64,000 bases of DNA from Anaerolineales bacterium. GTDB taxonomy: Bacteria > Chloroflexota > Anaerolineae > Anaerolineales > E44-bin32. The stretch covers positions 4,888 through 68,887 of the forward strand of contig JBARSI010000155.1 in assembly GCA_049644665.1 (NCBI GenBank). The letters are read 5' to 3'. The position numbers were made by a program, and so were the translations under genes. Shown piece after piece: positions 37,357 through 46,546 of the stretch. The notes under the pieces are model-generated. The model saw only the letters and a program-made list of their open reading frames with translations. It did no database searches and was not told where the DNA came from. Each line of letters begins with the position of its first letter. Positions within the stretch are counted from its first letter, which is position 1.

Positions 37357-38367
37357 ATGAGTGATTCGTTAATAACACTGTTAATTGGACTTGGCATGCT
37401 ATCTATCGGCCTGTGGTTTCTTTGGCCGGAGGACGGTCTTTTTGCGCGCTGGCAGCGGGGGCGAAAGATGAACGCCCGCATCCGCCGCGAGGACGCATTG
37501 AAACACATCCACAGCTGTGATATGGGCGGATCACCGGCATCGATCCAGAGCATTGCCGGCGCATTAGGAGTCCACCTCAACGAGGCGTTAGCTACACTAT
37601 CTGAGCTTGAAGCGCATAATTTGGCACTTATAAGCAACGGCGGTATCCGCTTGACGCCCGCAGGTCGTGAGTCGGCGCTGTATATTTTACGGGCACATCG
37701 CATGTGGGAGCGATACCTGGCAGATGAGACTGGATACAGCGAACAGGAATGGCATGATATCGCCGAGCGTTATGAACACGAACTGACACCCTCTGAGGTT
37801 GAAGCGCTCTCAGCGCGCTTGGGGTATCCCACACATGATCCACACGGGGACCCCATACCCGCGGCAGATGGTGAGATTGTCCATCATGGTGGTGAGCCGC
37901 TCACCGCAGCCGAGGTTGATGTCCCCCTGCGCATCGTACACCTTGAGGATGAGCCGGACGTGGTCTACGCTCAGCTCGTCGCCGAAGGGTTGCACCCAGG
38001 CATGATTCTGCGTCTCGTCGAACGAACGCCCGAGCGGCTGCGCTTCTGGGCCGGGGGTGACGAACACACCCTGGCTCCAGTGGTCGCGGCGAATATCTCT
38101 GTCTTGGCTCTTGCCATGGCGGAGGCTGAGGAACCCGTCGGCAAGCCGTTGAGCCACTTACAGTCCGGCGAATCAGCTGTTGTCCTATCGATTTCACCGG
38201 CAAGTCGTGGTCTGGATCGTCAACGGTTGCTCGACTTGGGCCTGTTGCCGGGAACCAAAGTGGGCGTCGAGTTGGTTGGTCCGGGTGGAGATCCGAAAGC
38301 CTACCGGATACGAGGAGCGCTGATCGCTCTGCGACAAGACCAGGCCAATCGCATATTGGTTGAATGA
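37357..38367 (+). CDS. DtxR-family regulator (Mn-type ligand set) with an N-terminal hydrophobic helix, an SH3-like domain and a terminal FeoA domain
   Basis: LITLLIGLGMLSIGLWFLW is followed by RWQRGRK. The ligand strings are REDALKHIH, RAHRMWERYL and WHDIAERYEHELT. C-terminal FeoA string: SGESAVVLSISPASRGLDRQRLLDLGLLPGTKVGVELVGPGGDPKAYRIRGALIALRQDQANRILV. Confidence 0.75.
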   Translation: MSDSLITLLIGLGMLSIGLWFLWPEDGLFARWQRGRKMNARIRREDALKHIHSCDMGGSPASIQSIAGALGVHLNEALATLSELEAHNLALISNGGIRLTPAGRESALYILRAHRMWERYLADETGYSEQEWHDIAERYEHELTPSEVEALSARLGYPTHDPHGDPIPAADGEIVHHGGEPLTAAEVDVPLRIVHLEDEPDVVYAQLVAEGLHPGMILRLVERTPERLRFWAGGDEHTLAPVVAANISVLALAMAEAEEPVGKPLSHLQSGESAVVLSISPASRGLDRQRLLDLGLLPGTKVGVELVGPGGDPKAYRIRGALIALRQDQANRILVE

Positions 38368-38379
38368 GGAGTGAGTGGG

Positions 38380-39222
38380 ATGGTAGATAAGAAAAAGAAT
38401 GCTCCGCTGGACGAATGTGCAAGCTGCCCAGTACATAATGCTGCAAACCTATTGAAGCTGGGTGTCGACATGCAGGATTGGGATTATGTCGTCGCACTGG
38501 CGGGTAATCCCAATACCGGAAAAAGTACCGTGTTTAATGCCCTCACAGGTCTACACCAGCACACAGGCAATTGGCCTGGGAAGACTGTCACCCGGGCCGA
38601 AGGTGGCTTTGAGTACGCCGATCGGCGCTTTAAATTAGTGGACCTTCCCGGCACATATTCGCTGTTATCGATCTCGCTCGATGAGGAGATCGCCCGGGAT
38701 TTCATCCTCTTTGGTCAACCGGACGTCACCGTGGTGGTTGTGGACGCAACTCGATTGGAGCGGAATCTGAACCTGGTGATCCAGGTATTGGAGATTACCG
38801 ATCGGGCTGTCATCTGTCTGAATTTAATGGACGAGGCTCACCGCCACGGGTTGGTGGTGGATGAACGCAGCCTTTCACGCGATCTGGGTGTTCCTGTTGT
38901 GCCCACATCGGCGCGTTATGACAAGGGACTGGATGAATTGGTTGCAACGATTAGTAACGTCGCTTCCGGTAAGTTCGCATACCGTCCGCACAGAATCCAG
39001 GCAGTCTCGCGCGCGCTGGAAAGCTCTATCAAGACCCTAACCAAAGAAGTGAGAACGGTCTACCCGGATCTACCAAATCCCCGTTGGGTGGCGATGCGCC
39101 TCCTCGATGGAGATGAACGAATCATCGAGGCAATAATCAAGGGCGAATTGGGTGACCTGAGACAAGCGGACGATGAAATCTCGGGCGCGGACATGGGGCA
39201 GATGCAGGAGGCAGTTTCGTGA
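38380..39222 (+). CDS. FeoB-paralogue GTPase domain plus part of the helical domain, as a stand-alone ORF
   Basis: Contains [13 protein letters not shown] and NLMD. GAGGAG lies 8 nt upstream of ATG 38380. Ends in a GTGA overlap with the next ORF. Confidence 0.8.
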   Translation: MVDKKKNAPLDECASCPVHNAANLLKLGVDMQDWDYVVALAGNPNTGKSTVFNALTGLHQHTGNWPGKTVTRAEGGFEYADRRFKLVDLPGTYSLLSISLDEEIARDFILFGQPDVTVVVVDATRLERNLNLVIQVLEITDRAVICLNLMDEAHRHGLVVDERSLSRDLGVPVVPTSARYDKGLDELVATISNVASGKFAYRPHRIQAVSRALESSIKTLTKEVRTVYPDLPNPRWVAMRLLDGDERIIEAIIKGELGDLRQADDEISGADMGQMQEAVS

Positions 39223-40658
39223 GCGGGAAGCGAGCGGCATCTCCCGAGAAACTCTTGAAGTCTGCCCAGGCACTCCGCTGGGAGGTGGGCAGCAACGTGC
39301 ATGAGGCGCTCACCGAGGCCATATACACTGACGCGGCGAGCATTGCCGATCGAGCCGTGAGACGCTCTGATGTGAGTCCGAAGTTTGATCTCGATCGGAC
39401 GATTGACAAGATCGTGACTCACCGGTTCTGGGGATTCCCGGTCATGATCCTGCTCTTCGCTCTCGTCTTCTGGATCACCATCACCGGGGCGAATGTTCCC
39501 TCTGGTTGGCTCGCCTCTCTGCTGCTTGGAAAAGGGCATCCCTGGTTGTCGGAAGTCGCCTTGTTGCTAGGCTTCCCGCTCTGGTTGAAAGGGCTGCTGA
39601 TTGACGGGATGTACCTTGCAACAGCCTGGGTTATTAGCGTGATGCTGCCACCGATGGCGATCTTCTTCCCGCTTTTCACCCTATTAGAGGACTTCGGGTA
39701 CTTGCCGCGCGTTGCTTTCAACTTGGATAACGCTTTTAAGAAATCCGGCGCTCATGGCAAACAGGCGCTCAGCATGATGATGGGCTTCGGCTGCAACGCC
39801 GCCGGTGTGATCGCAACGCGCATAATCGATAGTCCGCGCGAAAGGCTCATCGCCATCATCACCAATAACTTCGCACTCTGCAACGGCCGATGGCCGACCC
39901 AGATCCTTTTAGCGACGATCTTTATCGGCGCCCTGGTTCCCGCTCAACTCGCAGGGATCATCTCCTCCCTCGCGGTAGTTGGGATAGCCGTTTTGGGAGT
40001 CTTATTAACTTTCCTTGCCAACTTGATACTCTCGCGCACGATGCTCCGCGGGCAGCCATCCAGTTTCAGCATGGAACTTCCGCCATATCGGCCGCCGCGA
40101 ATCTTGCAGACGATCTATACCTCGCTCATAGATCGAACAATCTATGTGCTTTGGCGGGCAATCGTGTTTGCGATGCCGGCGGGCGCTGTAATCTGGTTGA
40201 GCGCGAATATCACCGTCAGTGGAGTGACACTAGCCGAGCACCTCGTTCGCTTCCTCAACCCCGCGGGCATCCTCTTAGGATTGAATGGGGTGATTTTACT
40301 GGCTTATGTCGTTGCCATCCCGGCGAATGAAATCGTCATTCCAACGATCTTGATGTTGACTGTTTTGATGACCGGCGCTTCGGGTTTTGATGCTGGGGAA
40401 GGGGTTATGTTTGAGCTTGACTCGAATGCGAGTACTTTGGCCCTGCTTCAGGCAGGAGGTTGGACATTGCTGACGGCGGTAAATTTGATGTTGTTCAGCC
40501 TGGTGCACAACCCCTGCAGTACGACAATCTACACGATCTATAAAGAAACCGGAAGTTTGAAATGGACCACCGTGGCGACGATTATGCCCGTTATATTAGG
40601 TGTTCTGATGACATTCTTTGTGGCTCAGATATGGCGGGTTGTGGCTGGTTTTCTGTGA
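39219..40658 (+). CDS. FeoB-paralogue membrane domain
   Basis: Contains [15 protein letters not shown] and [12 protein letters not shown]. About 10 helices. Confidence 0.8.
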   Translation: MSGKRAASPEKLLKSAQALRWEVGSNVHEALTEAIYTDAASIADRAVRRSDVSPKFDLDRTIDKIVTHRFWGFPVMILLFALVFWITITGANVPSGWLASLLLGKGHPWLSEVALLLGFPLWLKGLLIDGMYLATAWVISVMLPPMAIFFPLFTLLEDFGYLPRVAFNLDNAFKKSGAHGKQALSMMMGFGCNAAGVIATRIIDSPRERLIAIITNNFALCNGRWPTQILLATIFIGALVPAQLAGIISSLAVVGIAVLGVLLTFLANLILSRTMLRGQPSSFSMELPPYRPPRILQTIYTSLIDRTIYVLWRAIVFAMPAGAVIWLSANITVSGVTLAEHLVRFLNPAGILLGLNGVILLAYVVAIPANEIVIPTILMLTVLMTGASGFDAGEGVMFELDSNASTLALLQAGGWTLLTAVNLMLFSLVHNPCSTTIYTIYKETGSLKWTTVATIMPVILGVLMTFFVAQIWRVVAGFL

Positions 40659-40736
40659 TCGTATCTACGACGTGGTTGTTTGTGCCACATGTTAGTTGAC
40701 CGATCCCGAATCAGAGCGGACGAGCGGAGTTAGATT

Positions 40737-41411
40737 ATGCGCGAACAGCTAACGCATGCACACGAGGACTATCTTAAGGCCATCTATAAGTTATCGGCCA
40801 TAGGCGGGCGAGCCACGACGACGGAGCTTGCCAAGCTATTAAACGTCACCCCAGCCTCGGTCACCGGAATGGTACAGAGACTGGCGAGCGACGATCCCTC
40901 TTGGGTCGATTATCAGAAACACCGTGGGGTCTCGCTAACTCCGCAAGGAGAACGTGCGGCGCTGGAGATCATCCGCCATCATCGTTTGATAGAGATGTTC
41001 TTGCATGAGATCCTTGGTTACCCATGGGAAGAAGTACATGATGAAGCGGAACGACTGGAGCATGTGATCTCTGAGAAATTTGAGGAGCGGATCGCCAAGG
41101 TATTGGGTGACCCCACTCACGACCCTCATGGGGACCCCATCCCCACGCGCGATCTAAAAATCCCTCCAGCATGTGATATGCGCTTGAGTGATTTGCGCCC
41201 GGATCAACAGGCAATGGTCATGAGGGTGCACGATTCAGACTCTGATTTTCTACGACACCTTGCCGGGTTGGGACTGAAGCCGGAGACGAAGCTATCAATT
41301 CTGGAGCATTCCCCTTTCGACGATAACCTGAAGATTCAAGTCAACGGTCAGCCTGAGCCGATAATACTGGGGAGAAAGATCACACAGCAAGTTTTTGTAG
41401 ATATCATCTAG
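40737..41411 (+). CDS. DtxR/MntR-family repressor with an SH3/FeoA-like C-terminal domain (Mn-type ligand set)
   Basis: Contains HEDYLKAIYKLS (Asp at the DtxR M10 position), RHHRLIEMFL and VHDEAERLEHVIS (Glu at the C102 position). Confidence 0.8.
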   Translation: MREQLTHAHEDYLKAIYKLSAIGGRATTTELAKLLNVTPASVTGMVQRLASDDPSWVDYQKHRGVSLTPQGERAALEIIRHHRLIEMFLHEILGYPWEEVHDEAERLEHVISEKFEERIAKVLGDPTHDPHGDPIPTRDLKIPPACDMRLSDLRPDQQAMVMRVHDSDSDFLRHLAGLGLKPETKLSILEHSPFDDNLKIQVNGQPEPIILGRKITQQVFVDII

Positions 41412-41534
41412 CCACTTTGAATGCAGCCCATTCCAGTAAAACCTTATACGGGACGCTTTGGTCGAGGATCATTGGAAAAACAATCCTGTGGAGCGTCTCT
41501 TTTGTCGGTGCGTCACCCCGAGGAATAGTTTGTG

Positions 41535-41540
41535 TATAAT
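41535..41540 (+). promoter_or_regulatory. TATAAT box 8 nt upstream of the helicase ATG (leaderless-type)
   Basis: The sequence reads tgtgTATAATcccaaacgATG. No SD is present. Confidence 0.4.
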
Positions 41541-41548
41541 CCCAAACG

Positions 41549-44080
41549 ATGCCCATAGAAGAAGCGCTGGAACGGCTAAGGCTTGACCCAGTATTTATGA
41601 AGAATGTCTCAGCATGGGAGCGGATCACTGCTCGGCCAGCTCGCTATGCAGAATTCCCTCCGCAGGTATCTTCACGGCTGATCGACGCCTTGCGGCGCAA
41701 GGATATGGCGCCGCTATATTCGCACCAGGCTGCGGCCGTAGAGGCAGCCCTGAGGGGAGAGAATGTTGTAGTTGTTACTGGTACAGCATCCGGCAAGACG
41801 CTTTGCTACAACCTGCCGGTGCTGCATACACTGCTTTCTGACCCAGAAGCGCGCGGCCTATATCTCTTTCCTACGAAAGCACTCTCTCAGGATCAATCGG
41901 CTGGCCTAAATAGTTTCCTCGAGGCGCTGAACGCTGCCGAGCAGATCCCGGTACGGACCTATGATGGCGACACCCCGCGCGCGCGCCGCCGGGCCATACG
42001 CGATGACGTCCGCATCTTAATCACAAACCCCGACATGCTCCATGCGGGTATCTTGCCTCACCACCCGCGCTGGGCGGCATTGTTCGAGAATCTGCGCTGG
42101 GTCGTGCTCGATGAGCTGCACGTTTACAGGGGCATCTTCGGATCGAACGTCGCCAATCTCCTGCGGCGCTTGCGCCGAGTGTGTAGGTTCTACAAATCAG
42201 ACCCGACATTCATCCTCACCTCTGCCACCATCGCCAACCCGAAGGAACTGGCCGAACGCCTGATTGAATCGCCGGTGACCCTGGTGTCGCAGGACATGGA
42301 CGGCTCACCGCGGGCCGAGAAGCACGTGGTGATCTATAACCCGCCGGTCATTGATCCGGCGTTAGGGATTCGCCGGGCGTATACTCTTGAATCAACGCGT
42401 GTTGCCGAGTTGTTTCTTAAGGAAAAGGTACAGACAGTGGTGTTTGCTCGGGCGCGCATGACCACCGAGGTACTCCTTGGATATTTGCGCGATTCGTACG
42501 AACTGATGAATGGCGACCCAATTGCGATACGCGGCTATCGGGGCGGGTATCTACCGCTCGAACGCAGAGAAATTGAAAGAGGGCTGCGGAGTGGTGAGGT
42601 TCTCGGTGTGGTCGCGACGAACGCATTGGAGTTAGGCGTCGACATCGGTCAATTAGGCGCTGCCGTAATCGCCGGCTACCCGGGCACGATAGCCAGCCTT
42701 TGGCAGCAGGTGGGGCGCGCAGGCCGGCGCAGCGAGGTGTCGGCCGCGGTGCTGATCGCCTCGGCTGCCCCGCTCGATCAATTCGTAGCCACTCACCCGT
42801 TCTACTTATTTGAACGCTCGCCGGAAATGGGGTTGATCAATCCAGACAACCTGGCGATCCTGCTGCGCCATTTGCGCTGTGCTGCCTTCGAACTGCCCTT
42901 TGAAGTCGACGAGAGGTTCGGTTCTGTAGAAGACGTATCGGTGCTTCTTGATTTTCTGGCCGATGAAGGCGACCTGCATCGGTCGAATGGGAGCTATCAC
43001 TGGGTGGCTGACACCTATCCAGCAGAAGGAGTTTCACTGCGCGCAAGCAGCGATGAGACCGTGGTGATCCAGGATGTGGGCGGCGGACGACCGACTGTGA
43101 TCGGAGAGGTGGATTCTGCGACAGCCCCGATTCTGCTCCACGAGGGGGCAGTTTATATTCATGAAGGACGGACCTACCTCGTAAGAAACCTTGAGTGGGA
43201 CAAGGCCATCGCCGCGGTTGAGCCAGCCCAGCTTGACTACTACACGGATGCATCGGAGACAGTCGACCTAGAAGTGCTCAAAGTGTATGAGGCCGATGAA
43301 AATACGCCTGCAAGCCGTGCCCATGGCTGGGTGCGCGTCACGGCTCAGACCGTCTCCTATCGAAAAATCAAACGCTATACTCATGAGACTCTCGGGTATG
43401 GCGTAATTGATTTGCCGCCGCGCGAGTTTGAGACCAGTGCTTATTGGATGTGGATTGCGCCGGAGATGGTCGAGCAGATGGAGGCGGAAGGCGTACTGCT
43501 CCCGCCTCAGGATTATGGTCCCAGTTGGGCGAGCGCCCGTAAAGCTGCTCGTACAAGAGACAGCTTTCACTGTCGGCAGTGTAATGCACCGGAACGCGAG
43601 GCGAGGGCACATGACGTCCACCACATCCGGGCATTCCGCGAGTTCAATTTCATCCCCGGTGAAAATCAAAATGACCGCCTGGCGAATCAAATAGACAACC
43701 TGATCACGCTCTGTTCGCTCTGTCATCAAAGAGCCGAATCTGCGCGCGGCAAGCGCAGCGCGTTAGGTGGGTTAGCCTACGCCATTCGTAATATTGCACC
43801 GCTCTACCTGATGTGCGATCCGCGCGATCTGGGAGCACTTACGTCGGTGCGCGATAAACAGACCAGAGCGCCGACAATAACGCTCTACGATCGGATTCCG
43901 GAAGGACTTGGGTTGGCGGAGCGGCTTTATGAAATGCACGACGAATTGCTGGCCGGCGCACTCGATCTTGTGCGGGGCTGCCGTTGTCAGGATGGCTGCC
44001 CGGCTTGTGTGGGGCCGGTCGCTCCAGGCGGCGGAGAGGTGAAGGTCCTGACAGCTAGATTGCTGGATGCATTGCTCTAG
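41549..44080 (+). CDS. YprA/MrfA-type DEAD/DEAH-box helicase with a C-terminal Zn-binding DUF1998 domain and an inserted HNH nuclease motif
   Basis: Walker A is GTASGKT and the DEAD box reads VLDELH. Helicase_C string: GGYLPLERREIERGL. HNH string: CRQC..HDVHHI..DNLITLCSLCHQ. C-terminal DUF1998 string: YLMCDPRDLG..LYD..PEGLGL..GCRCQDGCPACVGP. Confidence 0.85.
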   Translation: MPIEEALERLRLDPVFMKNVSAWERITARPARYAEFPPQVSSRLIDALRRKDMAPLYSHQAAAVEAALRGENVVVVTGTASGKTLCYNLPVLHTLLSDPEARGLYLFPTKALSQDQSAGLNSFLEALNAAEQIPVRTYDGDTPRARRRAIRDDVRILITNPDMLHAGILPHHPRWAALFENLRWVVLDELHVYRGIFGSNVANLLRRLRRVCRFYKSDPTFILTSATIANPKELAERLIESPVTLVSQDMDGSPRAEKHVVIYNPPVIDPALGIRRAYTLESTRVAELFLKEKVQTVVFARARMTTEVLLGYLRDSYELMNGDPIAIRGYRGGYLPLERREIERGLRSGEVLGVVATNALELGVDIGQLGAAVIAGYPGTIASLWQQVGRAGRRSEVSAAVLIASAAPLDQFVATHPFYLFERSPEMGLINPDNLAILLRHLRCAAFELPFEVDERFGSVEDVSVLLDFLADEGDLHRSNGSYHWVADTYPAEGVSLRASSDETVVIQDVGGGRPTVIGEVDSATAPILLHEGAVYIHEGRTYLVRNLEWDKAIAAVEPAQLDYYTDASETVDLEVLKVYEADENTPASRAHGWVRVTAQTVSYRKIKRYTHETLGYGVIDLPPREFETSAYWMWIAPEMVEQMEAEGVLLPPQDYGPSWASARKAARTRDSFHCRQCNAPEREARAHDVHHIRAFREFNFIPGENQNDRLANQIDNLITLCSLCHQRAESARGKRSALGGLAYAIRNIAPLYLMCDPRDLGALTSVRDKQTRAPTITLYDRIPEGLGLAERLYEMHDELLAGALDLVRGCRCQDGCPACVGPVAPGGGEVKVLTARLLDALL

Positions 44081-44108
44081 AAACACAGGATCAGAAGCTC
44101 GATAAAAC

Positions 44109-44140
44109 GAACCCTCTGCATCCCAGCAGAGGGCTCTTTT
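44109..44140 (+). terminator. Intrinsic terminator of the helicase gene
   Basis: Hairpin gaaccctctgc-atccca-gcagagggctc followed by ttttcg. Confidence 0.65.
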
Positions 44141-44287
44141 CGCTTGAATTCACTTTATGTGGTGCAGCTTCCCCCTCGGAATATGAGAGACGATCAAAAC
44201 ACAAGGTTGTGCTAAGAAGAATCGCTCAACTGGCGTGCAGATGATATCAAGTACCCATATGTCACAAATGATTTGGGCGCGCTGGCT

Positions 44288-44518
44288 TCATTCTTCCACC
44301 ACCAGGCAAGTAAGCGTGTCTACTACACCCGGAATGGGTTGGATGCGGGCGGCCATGATTTTACCCAATGCCTTGATATCCTCCGCCATCACGATGGCCA
44401 CTGCGTCATAGGGGCCAAAGGCCATATTCGCCTCAATCACACCATCCACACGGCGGAGATGCTCAACAACTTGTTCAATCTGCCCGGTGTTAATTGTAAT
44501 CAATATATACGCTTTCAT
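44288..44518 (-). CDS. Stand-alone Lrp/AsnC ligand-binding (RAM) domain protein
   Basis: 76 aa: MKAYILITINTGQIEQVVEHLRRVDGVIEANMAFGPYDAVAIV.. Confidence 0.7.
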   Translation of the reverse strand: MKAYILITINTGQIEQVVEHLRRVDGVIEANMAFGPYDAVAIVMAEDIKALGKIMAARIQPIPGVVDTLTCLVVEE

Positions 44519-44534
44519 TGTATGTCCTTTCGGT

Positions 44535-45380
44535 TCAACGTTCGGAATGGCGCAAAAATATAGACCAGTACACTGCGGCGACGAAGATCGAGCCGCCGAT
44601 GATATTGCCGATAGTCACCGGGAGTAGGTTATTCATTAAGAAATTACCCCAGGTAAGCTTTGTGAGTTCTAGGCTTGTTGTGGCGATAAAAGCCGGGTCG
44701 AAAGCCTTGATCATCAATCCGACAGGTACAAAATACATATTAGCGACGCTGTGTTCAAAGCCGGCGGCAACGAAAGCCGTGATCGGAAAAATGATTGTAG
44801 CGATTTTGTCGATCGTGCTGCGGGCGCTGAAGGTGAGCCACACCGCCAGACAAACCAGGATGTTGCATAGGATGCCGAGCATCAATGCCTGAAACCAATC
44901 CAAATTGACTTTGCCATTGGCAATTGCTAACGCGCTAGCTCCGACCATACCTCCGCCGAAGGTGTATTGCCGGCTTAAGAAGATCAGGATTGCCGTTCCA
45001 ACGGAGCCCACGAAATTGCCTGCGTAGACGATTCCCCAGTTGCACAGCAATGCTTTTGTGCTCACTTTGCGGCTTGCCCAGGCCATGACGATAAGGTTGT
45101 TTCCCGTGAAAAGCTCAGCGCCGCCGATGACCACAAGAACCAGCCCAAGGCAAAAAACGAAGCCGACGAGGAGCTTCGTTACGCCGAATGGCAGCTCGCT
45201 CGATGTCCCGGCGGAGATTGTGGTGGCGAAGATCGCGCCTAAGGCGATAAAAGCCCCCGCCAGGATAGCTAAGACGAAGGTGCGCAGCACTGGAGCTTCT
45301 GCCTTGCTCACCCCGATATATTCGGCTCGGCGTGCCATCTCTGGGGGGAGCAGGGCGTCGATACTCAGTTCTCTATTCAT
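44535..45380 (-). CDS. Formate/nitrite transporter family channel
   Basis: FNT-type six-helix protein. GAELFTGN and FEHSVANMY motifs are present. Confidence 0.85.
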   Translation of the reverse strand: MNRELSIDALLPPEMARRAEYIGVSKAEAPVLRTFVLAILAGAFIALGAIFATTISAGTSSELPFGVTKLLVGFVFCLGLVLVVIGGAELFTGNNLIVMAWASRKVSTKALLCNWGIVYAGNFVGSVGTAILIFLSRQYTFGGGMVGASALAIANGKVNLDWFQALMLGILCNILVCLAVWLTFSARSTIDKIATIIFPITAFVAAGFEHSVANMYFVPVGLMIKAFDPAFIATTSLELTKLTWGNFLMNNLLPVTIGNIIGGSIFVAAVYWSIFLRHSER

Positions 45381-45481
45381 GGCTGGTTACCCTTCCGCTA
45401 AGTATAGATTGTCAGACAACCGAACGATACCCCCGACGGCGATGTCCGGCAAGGAACAAAGGTCACTTGTGAAAAATGTAA

Positions 45482-46471
45482 CTAAACTGATTGGGCAGGG
45501 TGTCGCCGCGAGGCGCTGAGCAGCACAGCGGCCGCGAGTACAAGCCCCCCGCCCAAGGTTTGTATTGTGGTGAGGAATTCCCCTAGAAAAACCATGGCAA
45601 GAAGAACGGTGAAGACCGGTTCGAGCGTGCTGAGAAGCGATGCGGTTGTTGGGCCGACGCGCTGCATCCCGGCTAAGAAAGCCCCCAGGGCCAGGATCGT
45701 GCTGAGAGTCACCATCCCTAAAAGGATGAGGACACCCTCGAACCCTATTTTAAAATTCAGATTATGGGAGAAGGCGCCCGCGATTGTGAAGCTGATCGCT
45801 GCACCGAGCGAAATCCATACCAGACTCCCCCAGGGTTCTGCCGGGCGTGAGTACCGATCGACACTTATGATGTAAGCGGCATACCAAATTGCGGATCCTA
45901 TCACCAAAGCTACACCGATCAAGTCAATAGACCCGCTACTGGCGTTTTGTAGAATTTGAACTGGGTTAAGGGTGAGGATCACTCCGAAAGACGCTAGTGC
46001 GAGAGCGACCCACTCTCGAACGCTCAGGGCACGGTGGTTAAGGATCCAGTTTAACAGGGCTACGAAGGCAGGGTATACGTATAACAGCATTGAACTAATG
46101 GAGGCAGAGTTTCGTTCAAGGGCGGCGAAGTAGAGTGCGGATTGCCCGGCGTAGCCGACCGCGCCGAGCAGAAGGAGAATAGCCACCTGGCGGGCATCGA
46201 AAATCAACTTGCGGCGGTGGAAGAAATACAGATACACCGCCAATAGAACAGCGGCTCCAGTGAATCGAAGACTCAAGATTGTCACAATGTTGATATCGGT
46301 GTTGAAGGCAAGCTTCCCTAATATCGAGAGACTGGCAAATCCTGCAGCGGATACGGTGCACAGGCCTGCGCCAGTGAGTCTGGATCGATCCTCGTCGCCG
46401 CCATTGCGTTGTGTCGACGCGAATAAAATAGAGGATTGGGGCGATCCGTTGGCGGAGTCAACTTGGTCCAT
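45482..46471 (-). CDS. EamA/DMT-family transporter
   Basis: Ten helices in two EamA repeats. Start moved to Met44 (46471) to avoid overlap with the divergent lipA. Confidence 0.75.
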   Translation of the reverse strand: MDQVDSANGSPQSSILFASTQRNGGDEDRSRLTGAGLCTVSAAGFASLSILGKLAFNTDINIVTILSLRFTGAAVLLAVYLYFFHRRKLIFDARQVAILLLLGAVGYAGQSALYFAALERNSASISSMLLYVYPAFVALLNWILNHRALSVREWVALALASFGVILTLNPVQILQNASSGSIDLIGVALVIGSAIWYAAYIISVDRYSRPAEPWGSLVWISLGAAISFTIAGAFSHNLNFKIGFEGVLILLGMVTLSTILALGAFLAGMQRVGPTTASLLSTLEPVFTVLLAMVFLGEFLTTIQTLGGGLVLAAAVLLSASRRHPAQSV

Positions 46472-46540
46472 GGCAATGAGTATACTTACGCTCTTTCGAT
46501 TACCAAGCGCGTGATAAAAGAACCCACCAGGGTTTCGCGG

Positions 46541-46546
46541 TAGAAT
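46541..46546 (+). promoter_or_regulatory. TAGAAT box placed 7 nt before the in-frame ATG 46554 of lipA (leaderless-type)
   Basis: The sequence reads cggTAGAATgtctttt-ATG. The track start ATG 46545 lies inside the box itself. Confidence 0.35.

Noticed and set aside
37901-38497. 198-aa minus-strand ORF across the regulator / FeoB' junction
   Set aside because: It is antisense to two well-supported genes and has Arg/Pro-rich low-complexity composition.
32678-39222. The FeoB splits as simple frameshift or assembly errors
   Set aside because: The two breaks lie at non-homologous positions. Each has a proper start codon in an ATGA/GTGA overlap with the preceding stop. Read-level confirmation is still recommended.
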